From contig JBAYIQ010000002.1 in NCBI GenBank assembly GCA_041665545.1, positions 66,369 through 130,368 of the forward strand: 64,000 nt of DNA, given 5' to 3'. The stretch comes from Patescibacteria group bacterium. Lineage in GTDB: Bacteria > Patescibacteriota > Patescibacteriia > UBA1558 > GWA2-36-10. The position numbers and the translations under genes are program-made. Below are positions 1 through 10,256 of this stretch, in pieces. A model generated the notes under the pieces. It ran no database searches and was not told the DNA's origin. It worked only from the letters and a program-made list of their open reading frames with translations. Each line of letters opens with the position of its first letter. Position 1 is the first letter of the stretch.

Positions 1-2304
1 AAAGGGACCCATGAACATAATGTACAAACGCAAAGAGTCAGCGCCATATTTTTTTATATAGTCATCCGGATTGACGACATTACCGCGTGACTTGGACATT
101 TTGACATTGCCCTCACCCAAAATCATGCCATGAGCTGTCCGTTTTTTGTAGGGCTCATCGCCAAGCTCTTTGGGAATGACGCCAATATCATACAAAAATT
201 TAAAAATAAAACGGGAATACAAAAGATGTAGGGTAGTGTGTTCATTGCCACCATTGTACCAGTCCACTGGCAACCAATATTTTATTTTTTTGGGGTCGGC
301 AAGTTGCTTATTATTTTTAGGATCAGTGTAGCGGATAAAATACCAATTTGACCCTGCCCAGTTAGGCATGGTATCAGTTTCTCTTTTGGCTTTTCCCCCA
401 CACTTAGGACACTTAGTGTTGACCCAGTTATCAACTTTAGCCAAAGGTGACTGCCCGTTTAAGCCGGGCTTGAAATCTTTGATATCGGGCAAAACAACTG
501 GCAAATCTTTTTCCGCCACTGCTTGCCAACCACATTTGGCACAATATACCATGGGAATCGGCTCACCCCAGTATCTTTGTCTAGAAAAAATCCAGTCATG
601 CAAGCGATAATTTACTGTGGTCTTGGCTTTGATGTCTTTGATAATGGCCTTAGCACCAGCTTCTATGCTTAAGCCATTATATTTTCCGGAATTATAAAGC
701 ACGCCGTCCCCAGAATAGGCCTGGTCTTCATTTTGATTCAGACGCTCAAACCAAGTATCAAGCTCGGCGCAAGTAAAATTATCATGATTTATATTTTTGG
801 GATCCAGCCAAACAACTTCGTGCTTAGCCAACTCTTCAGCGCTTACTTTTTCCCTTTCTCCACTCTGAAGTTCAAACAAAATCGCATTGGTGTAGGCAAT
901 TCTATTTTCATTTTTATGGGCCGCGTAATATTCTCCTCGAACTTTGTCTCCCAAAATTTTTATTAATTTTATTTTTTTATAGCCCGTTTCTTCCAACACT
1001 TCTCGGCGAGCGGCTTCAACTATATCCTCACCTTGATCAACACCGCCAACCACAAAACCAGTCCAAGGATGCTCTTTCCACTTCAAGCATAATACTTGAC
1101 CAGTTTTTGGATCACGAACAATGGCGTGAATAGTATCGCGAGTTACGGTTTTTTTACCAGGTTGTGGTGGATTTTTTTTATCCACCCAGTTTGGAATAAT
1201 TACCGTTCTAATCGGCAACTTAAATTTCTTGGCAAACTCCCAATCTCGCTCATCATGAGCTGGAACGGCCATAATAGCTCCAGTGCCATAGCCAGTGGTT
1301 ACATAGTCAGCCACAAAAATTGGAATAGCTTCATTGTTGCTTGGATTGATGGCTTTCAGGCCCTTTATTTCCACGCCGGTTTTTTCACGAGTAGCATCTG
1401 ATCTTTCTAAATCTGATTTCTTACGGCTAGCTTCAATGTATTTTTTTACCTCAGCTAAATTTTCAATCTTATTTTCAAGATCGTGAATCAAAGAATGCTC
1501 CGGCGCTATAACCATAAAAGTCGCCCCAAATAAAGTGTCAGGTCTAGTCGTAAAAACTAATAACTCACTATCTACTTTTAACTTTAAACTTTTAACTTTA
1601 AACTTTATCTCCGCTCCCTCACTGCGTCCAATCCAATTTTTCTGCTGTGTTTTGATTTGCTCCAAAAAATCCACTCTATCCAAATCCTCAATCAAACGAT
1701 CAGCATACTTAGTAATCCTGAGTAACCATTGTTCTTTTTCTTTTTTTTCAACCAAAGTGCCACAACGTTCGCAAGTGCCGTTTGTTACTTCTTCATTGGC
1801 TAAGCCAATCTGGCAAGAGGGACACCAATTAATATTTTCCTTGGCTTTGTAGGCCAAACCCTTTTTCCAAAGCTGAACAAAAATCCACTGTGTCCAGCGA
1901 TAATATTCTGGATCAGTGGTGGACAAAAATCTAGACCAGTCAAAACTAAAACCAGACGCTTGTAATTGACGGATGTAGTTAGCGATATTTTTTTTGGTAG
2001 TCTCCTGAGGGGGGATATTTTTTTTGACGGCATAATTTTCGGCTGGCAAGCCAAAAGCATCCATGCCCATGGGAAATAAAACATTTTTTCCTTGTAGTCT
2101 TTGATAGCGGCAAACAACATCAAGAGCCGTAAAGGGACGCAAGTGTCCGGCATGCAAACCCTCGCCTGAGGGGTAGGGAAATTCCACCAGACCAAAAAAT
2201 TTTTCTTGGCCGCTATCTTTGGCTAAAAAAGTATTATTGTACTGCCAATATTTTTGCCATCGGCTTTCAATATTTTTGAACTGATATTTTGAAAATTTAC
2301 CCAT
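1..2304 (-). CDS. leuS: Leucyl-tRNA synthetase, N-terminal about 768 aa (runs off the window start). It carries an inserted Nudix hydrolase domain of about 140 aa.
   Basis: Reverse-strand translation from ATG (complement 2302-2304) reads MGKFSKYQ...[16 protein letters not shown] (HIGH-type motif), TTRPDT...[13 protein letters not shown] (CP1 editing domain) and [19 protein letters not shown]...VKMSKSRGN (KMSKS). Between AVPAHD...KLPIRTVI and YNSGKYNGL lies a perfect Nudix box [23 protein letters not shown]. The six-frame track does not list this gene because the ORF is open at the window edge. Confidence 0.9.
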   Translation of the reverse strand, partial: MGKFSKYQFKNIESRWQKYWQYNNTFLAKDSGQEKFFGLVEFPYPSGEGLHAGHLRPFTALDVVCRYQRLQGKNVLFPMGMDAFGLPAENYAVKKNIPPQETTKKNIANYIRQLQASGFSFDWSRFLSTTDPEYYRWTQWIFVQLWKKGLAYKAKENINWCPSCQIGLANEEVTNGTCERCGTLVEKKEKEQWLLRITKYADRLIEDLDRVDFLEQIKTQQKNWIGRSEGAEIKFKVKSLKLKVDSELLVFTTRPDTLFGATFMVIAPEHSLIHDLENKIENLAEVKKYIEASRKKSDLERSDATREKTGVEIKGLKAINPSNNEAIPIFVADYVTTGYGTGAIMAVPAHDERDWEFAKKFKLPIRTVIIPNWVDKKNPPQPGKKTVTRDTIHAIVRDPKTGQVLCLKWKEHPWTGFVVGGVDQGEDIVEAARREVLEETGYKKIKLIKILGDKVRGEYYAAHKNENRIAYTNAILFELQSGEREKVSAEELAKHEVVWLDPKNINHDNFTCAELDTWFERLNQNEDQAYSGDGVLYNSGKYNGLSIEAGAKAIIKDIKAKTTVNYRLHDWIFSRQRYWGEPIPMVYCAKCGWQAVAEKDLPVVLPDIKDFKPGLNGQSPLAKVDNWVNTKCPKCGGKAKRETDTMPNWAGSNWYFIRYTDPKNNKQLADPKKIKYWLPVDWYNGGNEHTTLHLLYSRFIFKFLYDIGVIPKELGDEPYKKRTAHGMILGEGNVKMSKSRGNVVNPDDYIKKYGADSLRLYIMFMGPF

Positions 2305-2479
2305 AATTAAACTAAAATTATAAAACAATTCTACCATTTAGAGCACCAAAAATCAACTTTTTTAATCCTGGATGCTCTCGACAAAAAAACCAAATTATGA
2401 TATATTTGCCAATACTAATAGAGCTTTATAAGTAAGTTATAACATTATTAGTATCTTATTTAAAAAAATACTGACCAGA

Positions 2480-3811
2480 TTGGCTATTAATATAGCTGAT
2501 TTTTTGATTTGGCTGAAAAAGCGCCTGCCTTTTATATTTGGGCCATTATTTAAACTTGTCTCATTGATCTTGAAAATACTTTTTTTGCCCTTGGTTTTGT
2601 TGGTCTACAAAAATATTGTTTTGCTAAAAATAAAAATAAAAAATCACCAATTCAAAAGTCAAAGCATTGTTTTGTTTATAAAAAAATATCTAGCTGGAAC
2701 AGTCATTAGCTTGATCATTGTCGGCACTACAGCCAGTAACATTTTTGCCCAAAGCTTCAACACTGATGAATATGCTCAGCGCACACTACTTTCTACTTTG
2801 ATAAGCAACGACGAATCCACTTGGAGCGAGATCATTGAGGAAAAAGCCCCCATCAATAGACAAGCACCAGCTTTGAGCTACGTTTCCAATCAAGACACCT
2901 TACAAGAGCCACTGACCAACAACAACGATGGTAGTACTGGTGGAGAAATAATCGGCCTATCACCTGATGCTACTAGCTTGGTAATGCTCAATTCTGATGA
3001 AAACAGCTTGGAAATGCCAGCACCAACGCGTTCAGAAAATGTTGACTATCTTGTGCAGGCCGGTGATACCTTGAGCGGCATTGCCGAAAAATTTGATATC
3101 ACAGTGAACACAATACTTTGGGCTAATAATCTTACCTGGAATAGTACTATCAAGCCGGGTGCTAAATTAACTATTTTGCCAACCTCGGGTATTGACTATG
3201 ATATTGTCAAAGGTGATAACCTGACAGCGATTGCCAAAAAATACCAAGCTAATGTTGATAAGATAATTGCCTACAATAATCTGTCTGGCATATCCGACAT
3301 CAAAGCCGGCGACATGATTTTTATTCCTGAGGGTATCAAACCAACAAAAGTCGTTTCTTCTTACAAAGCGCCTACTGTGACCAGCAAGCCAAAAACTGAC
3401 GCTGGAGTTTATAGAGATGATGATCTACCACCAGCTAGCGACTTGTCTGTCAACACCAAATTTTTATGGCCAGTTTTGAGTCACCGTACTACCCAGTATT
3501 TTAGCTGGCGCCACACGGGATTGGATATTGGCGACAAAGTAGGCAACCCAATTTATGCGGCTGAAGATGGCAAAGTCGAACGCTCTGGCTGGTCAACTGG
3601 CTACGGCTATAATGTGATTATCAATCATGGCAACGGCCTAGAAACACTATATGGCCACGCCAGTCAACTCTTGGTCAAAGCTGGGGAGACAGTCAGTCGC
3701 GGTCAGGTCATAGCGCTGGTTGGCAATACTGGCTGGTCCACTGGCCCGCACTTGCATCTTGAAGTGCGAGTCAATGGTGTCAGAAAAAATCCTATTAACT
3801 ATATAAAATAA
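2480..3811 (+). CDS. Membrane-anchored cell-wall hydrolase with two LysM domains and a C-terminal M23 (LytM-type) peptidase domain
   Basis: N-terminal hydrophobic segment. Two LysM-like repeats (DYLVQAGDTLSGIAEKFDITVNTILWANNL and DYDIVKGDNLTAIAKKYQANVDKIIAYNNL). M23 signature HTGLDIG...HGNGLETLYGHAS...GPHLHLEVR. Confidence 0.8.
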   Translation: MAINIADFLIWLKKRLPFIFGPLFKLVSLILKILFLPLVLLVYKNIVLLKIKIKNHQFKSQSIVLFIKKYLAGTVISLIIVGTTASNIFAQSFNTDEYAQRTLLSTLISNDESTWSEIIEEKAPINRQAPALSYVSNQDTLQEPLTNNNDGSTGGEIIGLSPDATSLVMLNSDENSLEMPAPTRSENVDYLVQAGDTLSGIAEKFDITVNTILWANNLTWNSTIKPGAKLTILPTSGIDYDIVKGDNLTAIAKKYQANVDKIIAYNNLSGISDIKAGDMIFIPEGIKPTKVVSSYKAPTVTSKPKTDAGVYRDDDLPPASDLSVNTKFLWPVLSHRTTQYFSWRHTGLDIGDKVGNPIYAAEDGKVERSGWSTGYGYNVIINHGNGLETLYGHASQLLVKAGETVSRGQVIALVGNTGWSTGPHLHLEVRVNGVRKNPINYIK

Positions 3812-3915
3812 CCCTAAATAAAAAACCACTGATCCCTTTGTCATCCCGCACTTGTTGCGGGATCTGACTAGATTCCTGCCTTCGCAGGAATGACGGTGTG
3901 AGTCAGTGGTTTTTT
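3812..3915. repeat. Composite nested palindromic element. Outer arms are aaaaaccactga / tcagtggttttt. Inner hairpins are gtcatcccgcacttgttgcgggat and attcctgccttcgcaggaatgac plus ggtgtgag. It probably acts as a bidirectional terminator and belongs to the dispersed hairpin-repeat family.
   Basis: Inverted repeats read directly in the sequence. The same aaaaaccactga arms and gtcattcccgc..gcgggaat cores recur at 33184-33335. Confidence 0.6.
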
Positions 3916-3924
3916 TAATATTTT

Positions 3925-5715
3925 TTATTTGCAAAAACACTTCCAGCGTGCGCCACGATCACTATCATTTTGTCCACAGCTCAGCTGTCCGCCAGCTAAT
4001 CCGCCCGCCTGACAAGTCGCTAGATCAGACCACGCCTCAGTACCAAAACCGGCATAACCACGAGAGGTAATCGCCTTTGTGTCGACACACTGTTTTTTTA
4101 TAGACGCACAATAAGCATTGCAACTATCAAAATTATCTAAACTCACGCAAGCTGACCAGGCACCAATGGTAGATTTTCCTTTACCGAAAATATTATAACC
4201 ATTATAATATTCCGTAAAATCATTGTGACCATCACCATCTGTATCGGCTTTTTTGGGATCAGTGCCCAATAAGTTTTCATTATCATCACTCAGGCCATCA
4301 CCTTCACCATCACCATCAGTATCTTTATTATTTTGCTCTTCGTATTGCTTCATTGTGCGTACTTTCTCCTCCATTATTTTCTTCATGGTATTTTCATAAG
4401 CTTGCTGTACAGTAATAGTTTGCTCTGGTTTGGTAATTGAATAATTATCTTCAATTTCATTTAAAAAATTATAATGGCCGGTTAAAATTATTTTTTCCTC
4501 ACCAAGATTTATGGTGTCGCCGTCAAAAACAATACTGGCACCCTGGATAGCTTTGGTTTTGGTGTTGACCCAGACAAAAATATCCGCATTTTGAACCAAG
4601 CTATCGATTGCTTCAAATTGTTTGGGGTCATCAATTCTATCTTTGGCCATGTCTTTTTCCACCTTGGCCTTAATATCTTGGGTGGTTTTCAGTTCAGTAT
4701 TATTCAAATAAGCACCATCAAAAATAGCCAGCATATTAATCAAATCATCAATTTTTGAAGGCTTAACAATAAGTTGTAACTTTTTTAACTGACCATTACC
4801 GCTGTCTTTTGATTCTTTGGTGTCGGTAATTTTAAAAATATCATAAAGCTTAAAGAGCTTAAAATAATCATCCATTTTCTTTCTTTCTTCCAGCTTTTTT
4901 TCTAGATTAAAATTAACTGGATTGACCATAAGCCCGACATCAGAACTACTTAATTTATCAAGATCATCCCAATTATAGGTTAGCCAGCGATCTTTATTGA
5001 AAAATTCTGACAAATCAATATTCATACCCAGCAAGCCACTCAACAAATCAGTAGTAAAATCCTTGTTAAATTTAAAATAGAAATCCTTGTCGAGCTGTCT
5101 ATAATCAATGCTGTTATTGAAATTGAAAGCACTTCCCGCTCCAATACTTATCTGTACATTACCATCAAAATTTTTACCAACAGTGTGTTGCAATCCTGTC
5201 AAAGAAATTTTGACGTTGTCCATGCTGGGCATAAACATTTCCGCCGGGTTACTACCCAAGTTGCCAATAACCGGGTCTTTTTTTAACCGACCATCCAAGA
5301 TAAAATCAAAATCCGATTTATAATTTTCATAAGGAACATCTAGTTTCAAAACCATCTGTCTAGCAAAAAGCATGGTTTGACCATAAGCATAGTACCAATA
5401 GCCACCAGCTCCCAAAATGACTACTAGCAAACTCATCAAAATAAAGCTCGTAGTCTTTTTGTTTGATTTTTTGGGAGAAATAGGAGAAATATTTTGCTGG
5501 CCAGGTTTTTGCCCTAGGTTAGAATTCACCGAAGCTTGACCAGGCATCATGGGACTCAGCGGTCTTGGCGTTGGCTGACTCACTGCTTGGGCTGGTGTCG
5601 GTGGCGTGGCTGGAATTTTCATACTAGGCGGATTACCACTGGCCGTACCCGGCATGGTCTTGACCTGAATATCATTGATTACAAAATCATCTTTTTTTGT
5701 TTGAGGAGTGTCCAT
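3925..5715 (-). CDS. Membrane-anchored protein with a Pro-rich N-terminus, one TM segment, thrombospondin-type-3-like DxDxDG calcium-binding repeats and a Cys-rich C-terminal domain
   Basis: 596-aa ORF. Hydrophobic segment LMSLLVVILGAGGYWYY. Repeats TDGDGEGDGLSDDNENLLGTDPKKADTDGDGHNDF. C-terminal Cys pattern CVSLDNFDSCNAYC...CQAGG...SCGQ...CFCK. Confidence 0.5.
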   Translation of the reverse strand: MDTPQTKKDDFVINDIQVKTMPGTASGNPPSMKIPATPPTPAQAVSQPTPRPLSPMMPGQASVNSNLGQKPGQQNISPISPKKSNKKTTSFILMSLLVVILGAGGYWYYAYGQTMLFARQMVLKLDVPYENYKSDFDFILDGRLKKDPVIGNLGSNPAEMFMPSMDNVKISLTGLQHTVGKNFDGNVQISIGAGSAFNFNNSIDYRQLDKDFYFKFNKDFTTDLLSGLLGMNIDLSEFFNKDRWLTYNWDDLDKLSSSDVGLMVNPVNFNLEKKLEERKKMDDYFKLFKLYDIFKITDTKESKDSGNGQLKKLQLIVKPSKIDDLINMLAIFDGAYLNNTELKTTQDIKAKVEKDMAKDRIDDPKQFEAIDSLVQNADIFVWVNTKTKAIQGASIVFDGDTINLGEEKIILTGHYNFLNEIEDNYSITKPEQTITVQQAYENTMKKIMEEKVRTMKQYEEQNNKDTDGDGEGDGLSDDNENLLGTDPKKADTDGDGHNDFTEYYNGYNIFGKGKSTIGAWSACVSLDNFDSCNAYCASIKKQCVDTKAITSRGYAGFGTEAWSDLATCQAGGLAGGQLSCGQNDSDRGARWKCFCK

Positions 5716-5761
5716 AAAATTTTTTAAATAATCTATTAGTTATAAATATGTAAATAATCTA

Positions 5762-6178
5762 TTATTGAAACCAAAGGAATAAAATGCCTAACCAGGCAAC
5801 ATTAAATAGCAAGAAGCTAAACCAAGGCTGGGCATTGAATCTTTTATTTATCTTAATAACACTAAAGGACCAAGCAACCAACAAAAATAAAACGCCTAAA
5901 CTATTGGCGCCACGATAAACATATATCTGAGCAAAATTATAAATTACAAAAATGTACAATAAAGTGTTTATTGAGGCAAAAAGAGCGCTGATGAAATAAG
6001 GTTTGCCGGACAAGGTTTTTTTGAGCAGATCCATATTCATTTCCAAAAAAGTGGAAATAAATAAATAATAAAATAAACTAAGCACAATGGCCCAAAGCAC
6101 AAAGTTTAAATAGTCGTGATAACTAAAATAAAAATTTACAAAAGAAATCATAGATTTAATGTAGTTATTATACCACAA
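5762..6178 (-). CDS. Hypothetical integral membrane protein (4 predicted TM segments)
   Basis: 138-aa ORF with strongly hydrophobic composition. No recognisable motif. Confidence 0.4.
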   Translation of the reverse strand: MWYNNYIKSMISFVNFYFSYHDYLNFVLWAIVLSLFYYLFISTFLEMNMDLLKKTLSGKPYFISALFASINTLLYIFVIYNFAQIYVYRGANSLGVLFLLVAWSFSVIKINKRFNAQPWFSFLLFNVAWLGILFLWFQ

Positions 6179-6248
6179 ACCAGAGTTAAAACAAAAACCA
6201 CCCAGTCCTTCGAGAAGGGCTAGGTGGTAATCAAAAAATTAATCACAA

Positions 6249-6710
6249 CTATGGTTTCACGATTGTCCAAAGGTTATTGAAATTGTTGCCTTTGGTGTCA
6301 CCTGGTTTCAAATCCTTGGCATAGAGATACAAGGGTTGTCCAATATAGGTAACCTGCAATGTCTTGTCCGCTCTTTCAAAAGTACCCAGAAGCCCAGTCA
6401 CTGTTTTATCGACTACGCCATTATTTAATTTTATAAATGGCGGCCAAGTTTTGGCGCATTCTCCAGTGCAAGAACTTTTACCGTTCTTATCACTTTTGAA
6501 AGCGTAAAGTGTGCGACCTTGCGCATCTACTAGGTAAGTACCTAATGCTTCCGTACTACTCGTCTTCAAAAAGATGATTTTTGAATTCTGAACTTTATTC
6601 TGATACATTTGGCGACCGTTGGGAGTGATGCTCCACAACAAAAGGGCTGAGCCAATAAATACAAAGAATAAAGTCATTGTTTTCCAAAAATTAAATTTTG
6701 CTTTTGCCAT
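6249..6710 (-). CDS. Secreted protein of the COG4315-like family (Yx(F/W/Y)xxD lipoprotein repeat)
   Basis: N-terminal signal/TM segment. Two repeats of the GxxLYxFxxD type (GRTLYAFKSDKNG...; GQPLYLYAKDLKPGD). CxxxC (CTGEC). Confidence 0.55.
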   Translation of the reverse strand: MAKAKFNFWKTMTLFFVFIGSALLLWSITPNGRQMYQNKVQNSKIIFLKTSSTEALGTYLVDAQGRTLYAFKSDKNGKSSCTGECAKTWPPFIKLNNGVVDKTVTGLLGTFERADKTLQVTYIGQPLYLYAKDLKPGDTKGNNFNNLWTIVKP

Positions 6711-6837
6711 AAATTATTTGTTATTTTGTTATTTATTTTTATAGAAAAGATCGACCTTTAAATGTTGTTAATATTATAACACTTTTTTGAAAATAAAAAA
6801 AGAACAACCCGTCGGGTTGATTGTTAACAATGCATAC

Positions 6838-6890
6838 TCTCGTGTCCCTCGACTTGGTTCGACTTCGCTCACCACAGGTCACTCGGGACA
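6838..6890. repeat. About 50 bp GC-rich repeat (cctcgacttggttcgacttcgctcaccacaggtc...), copy 1. Copy 2 is at 10331-10385. Flanked by permuted ccatgagcga segments and tRNA 3'-end-like sequence.
   Basis: Near-identical strings seen at both loci, with substitutions t/a, g/a, a/g. Both lie immediately on the 3' side of minus-strand tRNA genes. Confidence 0.6.
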
Positions 6891-6978
6891 TTCGACTCCT
6901 TCGAGTGGTCGAAGACCATGAGCGAGCAAAACGAGTCGTTTATGGCGCGCCATAAACCTGAGCGTAGCGAATGATTTA

Positions 6979-7053
6979 TGGTGCCCCCGATAGGAGTCGA
7001 ACCTATACCCCAAGCTCCGGAAGCTTGTATTCTATCCGTTGAACTACGGGAGC
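6979..7053 (-). tRNA. tRNA-Arg (anticodon CCG)
   Basis: Reverse complement gctcccgtagttcaacggatagaatacaagcttccggagcttggggtataggttcgactcctatcgggggcacca. 7-bp acceptor stem, anticodon loop TTCCGGA, TPsiC loop TTCGACT, CCA encoded. Confidence 0.85.
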
Positions 7054-7192
7054 AAATTAAAATCGGACATAAAAACAGTATAACACTTTATATAGTATGT
7101 TCAAATTTTGACCAAAAAGAAACCCCCGCCAGTGGTCCCATTGGACTTAGCGGGGGCGAGCAGACGAATCTGCTTAGTTCTGAAATGTGCGT

Positions 7193-7870
7193 CTAGCAAT
7201 CGGAACTGGGATGATAGTCGATGATCTCGGCCAGGCGGAAGCCAACATGGACTTTCCGGCACCACGGCCACATCCGATCCCAGTACTCGTGACAGAGTTC
7301 GGTCAGGACCTGGCGCTGACGGCGGAGCTTTGCCAGCTCCTCGGGCACTTCGTTGACCTGCTTGGTCAACGCCTCCACCTGAGCTCGCAGGTCATCGTTC
7401 ACACCCTGCAGGCGGACATTGTCCGCGAGCAACTGCTGCCACGACGTACCATCCTGAGGACCCTCATAGCTATCCTCAGGGAGAGGGCGGATACTGCCGA
7501 CCTTGATCTGATGAAAGAGCTCACACAGATCATCGAGGTTCTTGGCGGTCAACTTGATGCACAGGCAATTATTTTTGCCCGAGCTTTCCGGACTCACCTC
7601 CGCCCGAGCGGTCTTGAGCCGGTAGACACCCCACTCACGAGCGTTGTAGACTGGGACAAACTCGATCACACTGATCTCCTCGACGACGCCTTTCAACACT
7701 TTCGGTATCTGATCACCGAGATTGATCTTGGTATACCAGCGGCCATCGTCCAGGTAAAGAGTGATGCCTTGGTCCGGAATACCCCTCTTGGGACTTCCGT
7801 CACCGTTCTTTAGATCCGCGAAGCCTGTCACGTTCTTGACTTCGTCGCTCAAATACACTCGTCCTGACAT
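7193..7870 (-). CDS. Hypothetical protein encoded in a GC-rich (about 58 % GC) islet next to tRNA-Arg, probably horizontally acquired
   Basis: ORF 7193..7888. The likely start is the second Met (MSGRVYLSDEV...), preceded by gaaggag. The C-terminal half is coiled-coil-like (LRAQVEALTKQVNEVPEELAKLRRQRQ). Composition contrasts sharply with the flanking AT-rich DNA. The opposite-strand ORF 7187..7813 is judged to be antisense. Confidence 0.5.
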   Translation of the reverse strand: MSGRVYLSDEVKNVTGFADLKNGDGSPKRGIPDQGITLYLDDGRWYTKINLGDQIPKVLKGVVEEISVIEFVPVYNAREWGVYRLKTARAEVSPESSGKNNCLCIKLTAKNLDDLCELFHQIKVGSIRPLPEDSYEGPQDGTSWQQLLADNVRLQGVNDDLRAQVEALTKQVNEVPEELAKLRRQRQVLTELCHEYWDRMWPWCRKVHVGFRLAEIIDYHPSSDC

Positions 7871-8069
7871 GTCTAACTCCTTCTTCATTGTCGCCCGGAT
7901 TCCGCCTAGCTTACTGGGCCAGTACGTTCCGTGGTCGACTGCTTGGAGCTTCTTGCCACCTTACCAGCATTACTGGCAAAGTATATAATAATAGCATATA
8001 TAATGATTTTTGTCAACAATAAAACAGTCATATTTTACGGCTGTTTTTTACAAAAATTTAACGAAAAAC

Positions 8070-9419
8070 CTACTTATTTAACAAAGTATAAAGCAAACCC
8101 AAGGCCGAAGTGGCCATCAAAACAAAAGTGAACCAGACCAAACTACGCGATAATTTGTTACCACTATAGTCACCTAATATTTTTTTATTGCCATTGATCT
8201 TGGCAATGACAAATATCAAAGGCACAGCCGCAAGGCCATTGAACACGGCGGTGAACACCAAGGCCTTAAATGGATTGATGCCAATAAAATTCATCAGTAA
8301 GCCAACCAAGGTGGCAATAATTATCACGGCATAAAAACCCTTGGCCTGACTCAATTTTCTATACAAACCCTCTTTCCAGCCCAGGGCTTCAGAGAGCGCA
8401 TAGGCCGCGGATCCTGCCAAGACTGGTATGCCCAAAAGACCAAGGCCGATAATACCAATAGCAAAAATATCTTTGGCAATTTGTCCAGAATTGGGAAATG
8501 ACTGCACTAGTGGCTCTAGGGCTTTGGCCGCGTCAGCCGCTGAGTTGATATCGGTAATTCCGTTTTTGAATAAAACCGAAGCCGTGGTAATGATGATAAA
8601 CCACTGAGCTAGTTGGGACCACAACATACCAACAGAAGTATCAACTCTCATATCATGGAGAAATTTTTTCAAGCCATGCGGTGTGCCACCTTTTTGTGGT
8701 AAATTGTGATGAGCAATCTCCTCCTCCACTTCTTCCGAGGCCTGCCAAAAAAACATGTAAGGCGTAATGGTGGTACCAAAAACACCGGTGATGATAAATA
8801 AATATTCAAAATCAAATTTTATACTTGGTATAAATGTGGCTTTGATAATCTCTCCCCAAGAATGATCGACAATCAAAGCCGTAAAAATATAGGCCACCAA
8901 AACCAAGGCCAGCCACTTCAAAAATTTGACATATTTTTTGTAACTCACAAAAACTTCTAAAGCCACAATCAAAATCGCAAAAGCAATAGCGTAAAAGGCA
9001 AAAGGTAAATTCCAAACCAGTTCCGCGGCACTAGCTATGGCGCCAATATCTGCTCCGATGTTTATGGTGTTGGCAATGACTACTAAAAAAACTACCACCA
9101 ACAATACTTTTTTGGAAAAATTTTCTTTGACCACGCCCGCCAAGCCCTTGCCAGTGACTGCACCAATACGCGCGCAAGTTTCCTGAATAGCAATCAAAAG
9201 TGGAATCTGATAAAAAGCCGTCCAGAGCATGCCAAAGCCAAATTGGGCACCAGTCTGCGAGTAAGTGGCAATGCCCGAAGGATCATCATCAGCCGCGCCA
9301 GTAATCAAACCCGGGCCTAAAATGCGAAAAAAACGATTGAGCTTGTTTGGCTTTTTGCTTGATAAATTTTTATTTATTTTTTTATCTTCAATCATAAAAA
9401 TAATCTTTATTATACACAA
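8070..9419 (-). CDS. mntH: NRAMP-family divalent metal (Mn2+/Fe2+) transporter
   Basis: GPGLITGAADDDPSGIATYSQTGAQFGFGMLW motif typical of Nramp/MntH. About 11 TM segments. 449 aa. Confidence 0.8.
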   Translation of the reverse strand: MCIIKIIFMIEDKKINKNLSSKKPNKLNRFFRILGPGLITGAADDDPSGIATYSQTGAQFGFGMLWTAFYQIPLLIAIQETCARIGAVTGKGLAGVVKENFSKKVLLVVVFLVVIANTINIGADIGAIASAAELVWNLPFAFYAIAFAILIVALEVFVSYKKYVKFLKWLALVLVAYIFTALIVDHSWGEIIKATFIPSIKFDFEYLFIITGVFGTTITPYMFFWQASEEVEEEIAHHNLPQKGGTPHGLKKFLHDMRVDTSVGMLWSQLAQWFIIITTASVLFKNGITDINSAADAAKALEPLVQSFPNSGQIAKDIFAIGIIGLGLLGIPVLAGSAAYALSEALGWKEGLYRKLSQAKGFYAVIIIATLVGLLMNFIGINPFKALVFTAVFNGLAAVPLIFVIAKINGNKKILGDYSGNKLSRSLVWFTFVLMATSALGLLYTLLNK

Positions 9420-9483
9420 ATAGTACCATAATAAGGAAAATTTGTGAAAATAAAAAATCAGCCCTTAGGACTGTTTTTTATCT

Positions 9484-9573
9484 TGGCGGTGGGAGGAGGA
9501 TTCGAACCCCCGATACCCTTGCGAGTATACCGCATTTCGAGTGCGGCGCCTTCAACCACTCAGCCATCCCACC
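9484..9573 (-). tRNA. tRNA-Ser (anticodon CGA), class II with long variable arm
   Basis: Reverse complement ggtgggatggctgagtggttgaaggcgccgcactcgaaatgcggtatactcgcaagggtatcgggggttcgaatcctcctcccaccgcca. Anticodon loop CTCGAAA. Long extra arm. CCA encoded. Confidence 0.8.
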
Positions 9574-9719
9574 AAGGAACTTTAATCTAAATTATCTTAA
9601 GAATATTGAATTTTGCTTGTAAAGTCAAATACTATACCCTATAATAACCCCAGTGGACTGTCTTTGCTTTAAACACTCACCAGACAGTCTTTGTACCAAC
9701 GCAACCTTAAGGAGAAGGT

Positions 9720-10190
9720 ATGCTACTGCGCGTGACTACCCACGGCCAACGCGTCATCTATCATGTTGTGAGTGCCACCCCATCCTATGAGGAGACCCGA
9801 ATCACTCTGCCGGCAGGCACCTACAATTTCCGAGATCACCCCAATCCTCTAAGATCGGATTGGGGCAAATGGCTGGTACTCGATGAATCAGAGCTACCGA
9901 AGCTAGGACTTGACTCTGATGCCATTGTTGGCATGAGTCACGAAGCCTTGATGTTCTGTGGTAGCCCTGCTTGTATCTCTAGCATGGCGATGGATATCGA
10001 AGACATCACACCGGTCATGGCTACTGTTCAGTCGGTGGTCACTGCCGAAGTGAAGACAGCGAAAATCATCCCCCTACCCGTTCGTCGCTATCCCGAGTTC
10101 ACGCGGAATGACCAGCCAAGAGGTCTCTACTGTGCCAGTCGCCACAGAAGATTCCTCAATCCAGCGGCTCGCCGCGAATGCCACGGCTGA
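9720..10190 (+). CDS. Hypothetical protein in a GC-rich islet (about 55 % GC) downstream of tRNA-Ser
   Basis: 156-aa ORF preceded by ttaaggagaaggt-ATG (strong SD). Followed by a canonical intrinsic terminator. No recognisable domain. Confidence 0.5.
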   Translation: MLLRVTTHGQRVIYHVVSATPSYEETRITLPAGTYNFRDHPNPLRSDWGKWLVLDESELPKLGLDSDAIVGMSHEALMFCGSPACISSMAMDIEDITPVMATVQSVVTAEVKTAKIIPLPVRRYPEFTRNDQPRGLYCASRHRRFLNPAARRECHG

Positions 10191-10216
10191 AAAGCCAACC
10201 TCCTTCTCCTGTCCAT

Positions 10217-10256
10217 GGCCACCGAAGACTTTAATCGGTGGCCTTTCTTTTTTTTA
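10217..10256 (+). terminator. Rho-independent terminator (ggccaccga-loop-tcggtggcc followed by a T-run)
   Basis: 9-bp perfect stem followed by tttctttttttt, immediately after the stop of the 9720..10190 ORF. Confidence 0.75.

Noticed and set aside
368-2195. Several 70-130 aa ORFs (368..610, 733..966, 1096..1401, 1535..1852, 1800..2195)
   Set aside because: All lie inside or antisense to the leuS reading frame, which is open on the minus strand throughout.
7187-7813. 208-aa plus-strand ORF inside the GC-rich islet
   Set aside because: It lies antisense to the more protein-like minus-strand ORF 7193..7870. Its L/R/A-rich composition is typical of a non-coding frame opposite a GC-rich gene. 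No SD.
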